Source of the DNA: an uncultured Pirellulales bacterium
GTDB lineage: Bacteria > Planctomycetota > Planctomycetia > Pirellulales > CAYNRE01
Length of the DNA: 64,000 nucleotides
NCBI GenBank assembly: GCA_964399535.1
Contig: CAYNRE010000070.1
Coordinates: 402,252-466,251, forward strand
Direction of reading: 5' to 3'
Shown: piece by piece, positions 56,261-64,000 of the stretch
Numbering within the stretch: position 1 is the first letter of the stretch
Layout: each line of letters opens with the position of its first letter
Notes under the pieces: generated by a model
Database searches by the model: none
What the model was told of the DNA's origin: nothing
Seen by the model: only the letters and a program-made list of their open reading frames with translations
Translations under genes and position numbers: made by a program

Positions 56261-56924
56261 ACCCTCGTCCCCGCACGGTCTGAATCAGCGAATCCGCTTC
56301 GCCACGATCGAGCTTACCTCGAATGCGGTTGATATGCACCTCGATCACGTTGGTCGTCCCCTCCCAGTCCGAGTCCCAGAGGTGTTCGCACAGCATCCGC
56401 CGGGTCACGACCTGCCCGGCGTAGCGCATCAGCAGCTCCAACAGGCTGAACTCGGTGGGGGTCAGGTCGATTTCTCGCCCGCCGCGCGAGACCCGGCGAT
56501 TGGTCAGGTCGAGTGTCAATTCCCCCGTCTTGAGCATCGGCGAGGGCCGGCTGGCCGAACGCCGGCAGAGGGCGTTGAGCCGGGCGATCAGTTCGGCAAT
56601 GTCGAACGGCTTGACCAAATAGTCGTCGGCGCCGGCATCGAGCCCCGTTACCCGGCTTTCGACCGAACCCAGGGCGGTGAGCACTAAAATGGGCGTATTG
56701 ATCCCGAACTGGCGCACCTCGCGAATCAGCTCCAATCCCGAACGCCCCGGCAACATCAGGTCGAGCACGATCGCGTCGTATTGCAGGGTTTTGGCCAGCG
56801 TCAACCCCTTGTTGCCTTCGCGCACCCAGGTGCAGTTCATGCCCGACTCGCTCAGCCCCTGACGCAATGCCCGGCCGATAACCGCATCGTCTTCGACGAA
56901 TAGAATCTCGATCGGCTGAGTCAT
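56241..56924 (-). CDS. OmpR/PhoB-family response regulator
   Basis: ILFVEDDAVIGRAL...DAIVLDLMLPGRSG is the REC domain. The C-terminal winged helix RVSRGGREIDLTPTEFSLLELLMRYAGQVVTRRML...NVIEVHINRIRGKL. Overlaps the HK start. Confidence 0.85.
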   Translation of the reverse strand: MTQPIEILFVEDDAVIGRALRQGLSESGMNCTWVREGNKGLTLAKTLQYDAIVLDLMLPGRSGLELIREVRQFGINTPILVLTALGSVESRVTGLDAGADDYLVKPFDIAELIARLNALCRRSASRPSPMLKTGELTLDLTNRRVSRGGREIDLTPTEFSLLELLMRYAGQVVTRRMLCEHLWDSDWEGTTNVIEVHINRIRGKLDRGEADSLIQTVRGRGYALRAS

Positions 56925-57228
56925 CGCCAGTGGCTCCTCGGCCAGCAACTTGTTACCCCCCAACACCCCACAGTTGGCCGGCACCGCAGTGGCCGGGGGG
57001 GAGGGTCCTCCAGTCGGGCCGAAACAATCTTTGTCCGGCAACCGCAACCTGGCCAGGGCCTTAGGCTTACCAATTCGTAAGCTACTGGTTTTTCCACCGC
57101 GAGACGGCCAGCTCCCCAAGAACTGGCAATCTCAGGCCAGCGGACGACCAAGGCCCGGCGATGGTTGTTAAACCCTAATCTGATTTCCGGTTGCCGATTT
57201 CCTGCGGGCCCAGCTATCCTAACCCTAC

Positions 57229-58155
57229 TTGGGGGTTTGTGCTGCGAATTCAGGGTTGTTGGGTTTCGCCCTCCCAATTTCAAAACGGTTGCCAAGGGGA
57301 ATCGGCTTGCTTCGTGAACTTGCGCGGTCACTGCTGCCACCCGCGACCTATGCCCGGCTCTCGGCTGCCAAAGAACAGCGGCAGCTCGACCGGGTCGCCA
57401 AGTCGGTCGCCCAAACCACTCACCTTCGGCAAGGTCTCGATGCCCAGGCTCTGGCAGGCCTTCTAGCCAATCCGCACCTCGAGACCCAGTGGAGCGAGTC
57501 GGCCCGCGCTATCGCGGACTTGGGCATTACCCCCCTGGCCGGCGGAGTAAACCCGGGCGACCGTCGGGCGCTGTACTACCTGGTGCGGGGGCTGGGCTGT
57601 CGCCGGGTCCTCGAGGTGGGTACCCACATCGGCGCGTCGACCGTGCACCTGGCCGCCGCCTTGCGGCATAATGCCGGCGAGTCCGGCCAGCCGGTGGCCC
57701 TGACCACGGTCGACATCGAAGATTGCAACCATCCCGAGCAGGGGGCCTGGCGCCGCGCCGGTTGCCCGCACTCCCCCCGGGCTTTGATGGAACATCTCCG
57801 GGCCGGAGCCTGGGTAAACTTCGAAACCCAGCCGTCGCTCGAGTTTCTGGCAGGGTGCGTCGATCATTACGACCTGATCTTTCTGGATGGCGACCACACG
57901 GCCGCCACGGTTTACCAGGAGCTGACGGCCGCCCTGCCACGGTTGGACCCCGGCGGCGTGGTTCTGTTGCACGATTATTTTCCGAAACTGCAAGCGCTTT
58001 GGCCCGACGGAACGATCAAGCCTGGCCCCTGGCTGGCGGTCGAGCGATTGCGCCGCGAAGGTGCGGCCCTCTCAGTGCTTCCGCTGGGCCACTTGCCATG
58101 GCCGACGAAAATGGGAACGCACATCACCAGCCTGGCGCTGGTGGTGGGTTGCTAA
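57229..58155 (+). CDS. class I SAM-dependent methyltransferase (O-methyltransferase family 3-like)
   Basis: VLEVGTHIGASTVHLA is the SAM motif I (E/DxGxxxG). DLIFLDGDH resembles motif II/III of CmcI/OMT3-type enzymes. Start is uncertain. Confidence 0.6.
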   Translation: MGVCAANSGLLGFALPISKRLPRGIGLLRELARSLLPPATYARLSAAKEQRQLDRVAKSVAQTTHLRQGLDAQALAGLLANPHLETQWSESARAIADLGITPLAGGVNPGDRRALYYLVRGLGCRRVLEVGTHIGASTVHLAAALRHNAGESGQPVALTTVDIEDCNHPEQGAWRRAGCPHSPRALMEHLRAGAWVNFETQPSLEFLAGCVDHYDLIFLDGDHTAATVYQELTAALPRLDPGGVVLLHDYFPKLQALWPDGTIKPGPWLAVERLRREGAALSVLPLGHLPWPTKMGTHITSLALVVGC

Positions 58156-58279
58156 CAGGCTCACCCAGCGTTGTTGGTCCACCGATCGCCCCGCCGCGCG
58201 GGGCCCGCTTGCCGGGCCGGCCACCCGTCTTGCCGGGGCGAGGTCCGCTGGTTAGATTCAGCGTTGGTTGCCCGAGCCC

Positions 58280-58361
58280 GGAGGGTATGCGAATGGCTAG
58301 CGGCCTGACTCGAAATCAGGTGCCGGGAAACCGGTTGAGGGTTCGAATCCCTTGCCCTCCG
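58280..58361 (+). tRNA. class-II (long variable arm) tRNA, anticodon CGA (tRNA-Ser)
   Basis: Acceptor GGAGGGT/GCCCTCC, anticodon stem CCTGA/TCAGG with loop CTCGAAA, and a long variable arm. The T-arm is GAGGG-TTCGAAT-CCCTT. CCA is not encoded. The D-arm could not be folded cleanly by eye. Confidence 0.55.
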
Positions 58362-58365
58362 CTTT

Positions 58366-58395
58366 CAGGCTTGCAACTCGCAAGCCTTTTCTTTT
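58366..58395 (+). terminator. hairpin AGGCTTGC-AACT-CGCAAGCCT followed by T-rich tract
   Basis: A perfect 8-bp stem immediately 3' of the tRNA, followed by TTTTCTTTTCC. Intrinsic-terminator-like. Confidence 0.6.
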
Positions 58396-59048
58396 CCACT
58401 GGTTACGGCAAGCGTTCGAGCACCAAAACAGCACCGCTTTTCGCCTCGATTTGGGGTGCCGAAAAAGGGCCACACCCAACGAACACGCAACGCGAGTCTC
58501 GGGATAGCCGCCGATCGCTTTCGCCGCCAAGAACTGGGGCACAGAGACCTTCTCGCTGGCTACCTTCATCCTGTCGGCCAGGCCAATACACCGCTGCGTG
58601 GTTGTGAAGCTGCGGGGTCGCATCTTGCGTTGCAGCACCGGCGCCGGCCGGGTGTCCGCGTTCAGGGTAGCATAGGCCCGCCGAATCGCCTGGAACCCTT
58701 AGAAACCGCAACTGGGGGTGCAGGTGCGCCGCTCGGCATCCCGACAGTCTAGGTTAATCCCCGCCGCCGACGTAAACGCCCGGCCTGAACCCTGGCCGGG
58801 GAGGCACCGCCTGACCTCCAGTGAAGATTCGCTAAACCAACATCGTCCCGCGACCCGACGCCCAGAGACTCCTTCCCCGAACCAGCGCCCCCAATTTCGA
58901 CCGCCCCGCGCCACCGTTTTCGACCGCCGTCAACCATCGTGGCTACGCTACTGGCGAATCTTCGCTGCCTGGTGTTTCGAGGGCTCGCCAAGCGCTTGGG
59001 ACGGCGGATCGGGTCGAACAATCCGAACAGGAAGGAGAGCGGTAAATC

Positions 59049-59450
59049 GTGGCGGAAGAGTTACCAGGCAAGCCGACTCCGGTAGCCGATCCGGTGAAAC
59101 TGGCCCTGGAGCGCACATTCCTCGCCTACGAACGGACACTGATGGCCTGGAATCGGACGGCGATATCCATGATTACGTTCGGCTTCGTTCTTTACAAATT
59201 CTTCTTCTATTTGCACCAGGAAAAGCCACCGACGCTTGGGGAGCAGATCTTCGGAGCGCGCACCTATGGCCTGTGCATCATAGGCATCGGGGTGCTTACG
59301 CTCGTGCTCGCGACCTGGCAGCATCGACAACAAATGCGGGCATTGCGGGAGATGTTCCCAGAAGCTCCCATGTCGCTATCGTTTGTTCTGGCGGCCTTGA
59401 TGGGAAGCCTTGGAGTGCTTGCGTTCACCGTCGGGCTATTTCGACTATAG
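59049..59450 (+). CDS. DUF202 (YidH-like) small membrane protein
   Basis: LALERTFLAYERTLMAWNRTAISM is the DUF202 signature. Three TM helices. Confidence 0.65.
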   Translation: MAEELPGKPTPVADPVKLALERTFLAYERTLMAWNRTAISMITFGFVLYKFFFYLHQEKPPTLGEQIFGARTYGLCIIGIGVLTLVLATWQHRQQMRALREMFPEAPMSLSFVLAALMGSLGVLAFTVGLFRL

Positions 59451-59487
59451 ACGGTAGATCACTCTTAACCCTTTACAGAGACTGACC

Positions 59488-60657
59488 ATGTACTTCACCG
59501 ACGACTCGCTGTTGCCTGAAAACATGCCGCCCCTGATGATCACGGCCGCACCGTATGGCCCGATGTGGATGCCGGAGGATTGCACGCCCGAGCAAAAGCT
59601 TCCGGTTACCTGGGATGAGCAGGTCCAGGCCGCCGTGGACTGCTACAACGCCGGCGCCACGCTGCTGCATATTCATGTTCGCGACCCGAAGACGGGGCAC
59701 ATTTCCAAGGATTTCCAGCAGTACAACGACCAGGTCGCACGATTGCGTCAGGCCGTACCCAAGATGATCCTGCAGTTGGGCGGTTCGATCTCGTTTGCCC
59801 CGGCACCTGGTGAGGAAGCTCACGCCGCAAATTACGACACCCGGCACAAGCTCTGTACCGTCAAACCCGCACCGGACCAGATCACGGTCATGTGCGGCTC
59901 CACTCTCTATGATCAAACCGCGATTCACCCGCTGGATGCTTTCGAGGGAACGCGCTTCACCGACCCCGCGATGGCCCACGCGATGGCCAATCTGGTGATG
60001 GATGCCACGCCCGATTTCTATCTGGAGAACATCAAGCGCTGCGTGGAAAACGGCATTCAGCCATACTTCGCGCTCCCCCACGTCCACGGCCTGGAGCTGG
60101 TGGAACGTCTGATCCGCAGGGGCTACTACATGGGGCCGGTGAACGGCTTCTTCAGCACCGGTGCCGCCGGCGTGTGCGGCGTCAATCCGTTCGACCTGTT
60201 GGAGCTTGTCCGTCGCACCCCGCACGGTTCGTGTTTCACCTACCAGAGTACCTTCCGGCTAACCTACCCGATATCCATGATGATGATCGCCCTCGGGCAA
60301 CACACCCGTGCAGGCATCGAGGAGAATCTGTGGGACACCAAGAAGGGTGTCCGCGCGACGACGATGCAGATGATCGAGAAACAGGTCGCCATGGCCAAGC
60401 TGATCGGCCGCCCGATCGCCACGCCGGAGCAAGCGCGGCAGATGCTGAAGATCGGCGTGAGCTACAAGACCACCGAGGAAACCCTCGCCAACCTCGGCCT
60501 GCCGCCAAACCGCGAGAAGGGGAGCATGGGCTTCCTGGTGCATAAGACCGATGGGTGCATCCATCCGGCGGCGCAGGGCGGCTGCGGGCACATACACGCG
60601 GGCGAGTGGGAAACCCAAGCCATGAAGGTCCGAACCGACGCCTTGAAGATCCAGTGA
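59488..60657 (+). CDS. BKACE-family beta-keto-acid cleavage enzyme (DUF849; 3-keto-5-aminohexanoate cleavage enzyme-like)
   Basis: PLMITAAPYGPMW...GATLLHIHVRDPKTG...KMILQLGG are conserved Kce/DUF849 TIM-barrel motifs. About 80-aa C-terminal extension. Confidence 0.7.
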   Translation: MYFTDDSLLPENMPPLMITAAPYGPMWMPEDCTPEQKLPVTWDEQVQAAVDCYNAGATLLHIHVRDPKTGHISKDFQQYNDQVARLRQAVPKMILQLGGSISFAPAPGEEAHAANYDTRHKLCTVKPAPDQITVMCGSTLYDQTAIHPLDAFEGTRFTDPAMAHAMANLVMDATPDFYLENIKRCVENGIQPYFALPHVHGLELVERLIRRGYYMGPVNGFFSTGAAGVCGVNPFDLLELVRRTPHGSCFTYQSTFRLTYPISMMMIALGQHTRAGIEENLWDTKKGVRATTMQMIEKQVAMAKLIGRPIATPEQARQMLKIGVSYKTTEETLANLGLPPNREKGSMGFLVHKTDGCIHPAAQGGCGHIHAGEWETQAMKVRTDALKIQ

Positions 60658-60706
60658 GCTGGCCTGCACGCGATGATGCCTTCTGCAACAAGACGCGCGG
60701 AGTTTT

Positions 60707-61423
60707 ATGTCGAACGAACCTCCAGAACTTGGCCCCTGGGAGTCGGGGGCCTTTGAGAAGCTACGCGGCCTGGACCCCTCGTGGGCCGGGCAGTGCCTCA
60801 CCATGTCGACGAACCCGTGGACCGGCGGCGTCTTGCCACGCAAGACCGTCGAACTGGTGGCCCTGGCCTGGTGTTCCGCCTGCACCAACCTCTATGCCGA
60901 GGGCACCCGGCGGCACATCCGCGGCGCGTTCGATGCCGGCGCGACCCGCGAAGAGGTCTTGATGGTTCTCAAGATGGCATCGCTCCTATCGATTCACACC
61001 TGTAGCCTGGCAGCACCTATCCTCTTGGAGGAAGCGCACGCGGCCGGCGTTCAGCCGACGCCCAAGCCGGCCGTGCCGACGCCCATCTGCGACAAGATGA
61101 AAGCCGCGGGGCAATGGAACGCGGCCTGGGAGCCGTTCTTCGCACTAGACCCGGCGTGGACGGAGGCCTTCATCGCCACGGGTGCGCCGGTCTACATCGG
61201 CAACGTCTTTTCGCCCAAACTGGCCGAGCTTTTGAGCATCGCATTCGACGCATCCATCACGCACATGTACGGACCAGGCACGCGCCGGCACATCAAGGCG
61301 GCCTTGGAGCACGGGGCCACGATGGAGGAGATCATGGAGGTGCTGAAGGTCTGCGTCGCCGAGGGCGTGCAGGCGTGCAACATGGGCGTACCGATCGTGG
61401 CCGAGGAACTCAATCCTCGTTAA
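60707..61423 (+). CDS. carboxymuconolactone decarboxylase (CMD)/AhpD-like family protein, tandem two-domain
   Basis: Two repeats, each ending with a (Y/M)AEG/YGPGTRRHI(R/K)xA(F/L)(D/E)xGAT...EE(V/I)(L/M)(M/E)VLK pattern, typical of duplicated CMD domains. Confidence 0.65.
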   Translation: MSNEPPELGPWESGAFEKLRGLDPSWAGQCLTMSTNPWTGGVLPRKTVELVALAWCSACTNLYAEGTRRHIRGAFDAGATREEVLMVLKMASLLSIHTCSLAAPILLEEAHAAGVQPTPKPAVPTPICDKMKAAGQWNAAWEPFFALDPAWTEAFIATGAPVYIGNVFSPKLAELLSIAFDASITHMYGPGTRRHIKAALEHGATMEEIMEVLKVCVAEGVQACNMGVPIVAEELNPR

Positions 61424-61715
61424 GCAGGTCGAGCAGTTTTGTCATTCGCTTTAGTTAGGTAATCCGCGCAGGGCTCACACCAGCATAGCGGTCCAAAGCC
61501 CCGTACCCGGAGGTACGAGCGACCAGGGAGGACGGCCTTTCACCTGCCGCCGCAGGGGGCTTCTCGGCCCCGAACCCCGGCGATGAAAAGTTCAACGGGC
61601 GTCCTGTCCGCTCCGCTTTGAAACCTGGCTTTTCGCTCGCCGAAACGGCCGCGCGGCCGGCCAGCCGCTGAGCGCAATCCAACCAGCGGCTTCGAGCCTT
61701 TACCTGCCGGGCGAT

Positions 61716-62783
61716 TTACTCCGCCGTCGCCCCCGTCCAAGGGCCAAACTTTTCGGTCACCCAGCCGCGGAACTCGGCTACCCAGGCCCGGTCGATCGGG
61801 GCCTCGTGGGCAATGCCGTACCACAGGCCGGCCTGGCGCACGAAGCTGCGCAGATTCACCAGCGCGTGCTCCACGTCGTCCCAGGCGAGCCCCATGGCCT
61901 CGGGACGAATGTCGACCCCCACCCGGTGAATGGCGTCGAGCATTTCGTCGGGCCGGTCCTGGTGCAAGCGCGAGCCCACGGCAATTCCCAGGCACACGGG
62001 TTGCCCGTGAATGAACTTCCGCCCGGTGAAGTACTCCAGGGCATAGAACACGAAATGGTCGATCCCCTCGATATGCCGAGGGTTCCAACCGGCGTTGTGA
62101 AAGGTGGCGCCGCCCCAGCGGTTGGCCGTCATCAGGGCGCGAATGCCCGCTTCGTTCACGTCGCGAATGTCGTCCAGGTGTTGCCACACCTCGGCCAAAA
62201 CGGCCTGGGCCTGGTTCACCAAGCGCTCGTCGTAGCGCCATTTCGGCTCGACCAACCCCCGGTCCTGGGCCAACCGCCAATCGGCATGGGCCGTGTGGTA
62301 GCAAAACACCTCGCACACGCCGCTACGGTTGAGCAGCGGCGGGGCGGCCTGGATCACGTCGAAATCGACGTAAACCGCCTCGGGCACGGCCCAACCCACA
62401 TAGCGCACCTGTTGCCCGTAGCGCAGCCCCGCGCGGTGCCCGAACGGCGCGTTCACCGTCATCGAGGTGGGCACCTGAAACAGCGGCAGCCGCTTGCGCC
62501 AGGCAAAGAACTTGGCCACGTCCACGGCCTGGCCCCCGCCCAAGCCGACCACCGACTGGCATTCGGGCAGCCGCTCCAGCTCGCCTTCCAACAGGTCGCC
62601 GTCGATCGTGTGCACCAGGTAGGGGCCGGCCAGGTGCCGATCGAAGTGCTGGGCATATTTGGGCCAAAGATCGTCCATGGTCACTACCAGGTACGGTCGA
62701 TGCACGAAGGCGGGCAACTCGGCCAGCAGATCGCGGCCAAAGATGGTTGTGAACTCGTGCCCGGTTGCGGTGATAGCGCTCAT
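61716..62783 (-). CDS. dehydroquinate-synthase-like/iron-containing alcohol dehydrogenase superfamily protein (glycerol-1-phosphate dehydrogenase-like)
   Basis: VVGLGGGQAVDVAKF is the NAD-binding GGGxxxD motif. His-rich metal site HxxxH region (…FHNAGWNPRHIEGIDH…). Confidence 0.6.
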   Translation of the reverse strand: MSAITATGHEFTTIFGRDLLAELPAFVHRPYLVVTMDDLWPKYAQHFDRHLAGPYLVHTIDGDLLEGELERLPECQSVVGLGGGQAVDVAKFFAWRKRLPLFQVPTSMTVNAPFGHRAGLRYGQQVRYVGWAVPEAVYVDFDVIQAAPPLLNRSGVCEVFCYHTAHADWRLAQDRGLVEPKWRYDERLVNQAQAVLAEVWQHLDDIRDVNEAGIRALMTANRWGGATFHNAGWNPRHIEGIDHFVFYALEYFTGRKFIHGQPVCLGIAVGSRLHQDRPDEMLDAIHRVGVDIRPEAMGLAWDDVEHALVNLRSFVRQAGLWYGIAHEAPIDRAWVAEFRGWVTEKFGPWTGATAE

Positions 62784-63012
62784 GCGGCGGTTCCCTGATG
62801 CTCGCGCGGGGCGGTGGCGCTGCCCAATCGACCCTTGAGACGCTCAACGGGCCGAATACACGCTGGTATGCCGCACTAGAATAGCGAGGAACCGGCCCAT
62901 TTCGCGAGCGGCAGGCAGCGACTCGCGCGAAGTCGACTCGCGGCGACGGTAGCCCCTCACTCCGGCTCTCTCCGGCTTGGCACGGGAGAGGGAAGTCGAA
63001 AGAGCGCCGCCG

Positions 63013-64000
63013 CTAGAAGTCGCTCAGCGTTTCGCCCGGTTCATCGTCTTCGGACACGTCTTGCAGGATGCGGAGCACCAGCCAGTCGAGTTCGGTGCCG
63101 CCCCAAAGGTGATCGACCGCGCCGTCGTCGGTTACCTCCTGGCCCGGGCGAAGCAGCCAGTTGCCGTTGGCTCGCGGGCCGGTGCCGGTACCCAAAATAT
63201 TCGCCACCCGCTCGGCATAGCTTCGCCCCGACCGCCACTCGCTTTGCACCGCGTATATTGCCGTGGGGTAGTTCGACCAGTGGACCGCGCCCCCCACCAG
63301 CAGGTCTTCGCCCGCTCCGCCCAGCAGTGAGTCGGCACCCCGGTGGCCGATGAGCAGATCGCGTCCCTCGCCGCCGCTGAGCCAGTCGCCGCCGTCGGTG
63401 GCCTGCGTACCACCGATCAACAGGTCGTCTCCCTCGCCCCCTTCGAGCACGTCGCCCAGGAACCCGCCCACCAGCGTGTCGTTACCCGGCCCGCCGTCGA
63501 ATATTGCCACCCGGCTGGTGAGGAACTCGGCCACCAGGGCGTCGGCCCCTTCGTAGCCCCAGGCCAGCACCCGGCCGGTTACCCCGGAAACCTGGCTCAC
63601 CTTGTTGACCAGGGTCAGGTTCTCGAGTTGGGCGAAGATGGTCACCCGGCCCGCGGTGCCGGTGTAGAAGTACACGCCGTCGATGCCCGGGGTGCCGCCC
63701 CACCAAAGATCGGTTTGGCCCTGGCCATCGTCGCGCAGGGCCCAGTCGGTGGTGGTGATTGGAAAGCTCCGCGTGTCGACCACGACCGTGCCCGACGTAA
63801 CGCGAACCCCCACGCTGGCCGTACCGCTTTGGGAGAAGCGGTGCGACACGTTCACGCCGGTCCGGGGGCCGGTCAGCGATTCGTCGTAGCTGCCGTCGCC
63901 GTTCCAGTCGATGTCGTAGGTCACGTTGCCCGAAGGCATCACGTCGTCGCCGGGGTCGAGAAACTGAAGGGTGAAGCTGCGCAGCTCGCCGCGAATGCCG
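63013..64000 (-). CDS. secreted Ca2+-binding RTX/hemolysin-type repeat protein (partial; N-terminus beyond window end)
   Basis: Repeated GGxGxDxL nonapeptides (GGPGNDTLVGG, GGEGDDLLIGG, GGEGRDLLIGHRGADSLLGGAGEDLLVGG). The ORF continues in frame to the window edge. Confidence 0.55.
   Translation of the reverse strand, partial: GIRGELRSFTLQFLDPGDDVMPSGNVTYDIDWNGDGSYDESLTGPRTGVNVSHRFSQSGTASVGVRVTSGTVVVDTRSFPITTTDWALRDDGQGQTDLWWGGTPGIDGVYFYTGTAGRVTIFAQLENLTLVNKVSQVSGVTGRVLAWGYEGADALVAEFLTSRVAIFDGGPGNDTLVGGFLGDVLEGGEGDDLLIGGTQATDGGDWLSGGEGRDLLIGHRGADSLLGGAGEDLLVGGAVHWSNYPTAIYAVQSEWRSGRSYAERVANILGTGTGPRANGNWLLRPGQEVTDDGAVDHLWGGTELDWLVLRILQDVSEDDEPGETLSDF

Noticed and set aside
58280-58361. Possibility that the long-variable-arm tRNA is tRNA-Sec (selC), given selA in the window and a possible 8-bp acceptor (CGGAGGGT/GCCCTCCG)
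   Set aside because: Anticodon loop reads CTCGAAA (anticodon CGA), not UCA. Called tRNA-Ser. Needs tRNAscan-SE confirmation.
58297-58638. 113-aa minus-strand ORF downstream of the tRNA, considered as an integrase remnant
   Set aside because: Its C-terminal third is the antisense translation of the tRNA itself (…EGKGFEPSTGFPAPDFESGR). No integrase motifs (R..HxxR..Y).
61424-61716. 290-bp spacer with GGAGG…AGGGAGGA words considered as SRP RNA/other structured ncRNA
   Set aside because: Does not match SRP domain-IV, RNase P or tmRNA consensus features that I can verify without a covariance-model search.
1-64000. CRISPR arrays, IS elements/transposases, integrases, rRNA
   Set aside because: No regularly spaced direct repeats, no transposase/integrase-like ORFs and no rRNA-like sequence were seen anywhere in the window.

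Overview
The window is high-GC DNA (about 65-70% by eye) and carries the gene repertoire typical of Planctomycetota. Markers are a DUF1501 (sulfatase-like, Tat signal) gene paired with a giant DUF1549/DUF1553/PSCyt gene, two DUF1559 prepilin-like modules, Tat-signal enzymes and a PEP-CTERM protein. Core content includes a HAD-IIA phosphatase, Fe/Mn superoxide dismutase, a GH-like hydrolase, an RND efflux pair, an NmrA-like reductase, a DUF1254/DUF1214 protein, an enolase-superfamily enzyme, a BlaI/BlaR1(M56)-DUF1559 sensor pair, an SDR reductase, a histidine kinase with an ANTAR response regulator, an NfeD-flotillin operon, a TetR-controlled DevBCA-type exporter, an Lnt-like acyltransferase, a CsrA paralog, MarR, a ClC channel, SelA, an M19 dipeptidase, an OmpR-type two-component pair, a SAM methyltransferase, a class-II tRNA (anticodon CGA, Ser), DUF202, BKACE, AhpD/CMD and DHQS-like genes, and a partial RTX-repeat protein. 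No CRISPR array, rRNA, transposase or integrase was recognised. Three accessory patches stand out. (1) At 34.1-35.7 kb a low-GC (~50%) cassette encodes a new C-terminal tip of a membrane-associated protein plus a small acidic ORF, bracketed by ~100-bp near-identical direct repeats. This matches Campbell-type acquisition of a polymorphic-toxin/immunity-like module. (2) At 39.6-43.7 kb a lower-GC island encodes a 7-Cys small secreted protein, a secreted C39-like papain-fold peptidase and two membrane-anchored unknowns. (3) A tRNA-flanked, lower-GC block of small-molecule enzymes lies at 58.3-62.8 kb. Several palindrome or repeat clusters are also noted. These include TetR operators, a hairpin cluster after the flotillin gene, and shared motifs at 45.4 and 51.0 kb that flank a 5.6-kb block.
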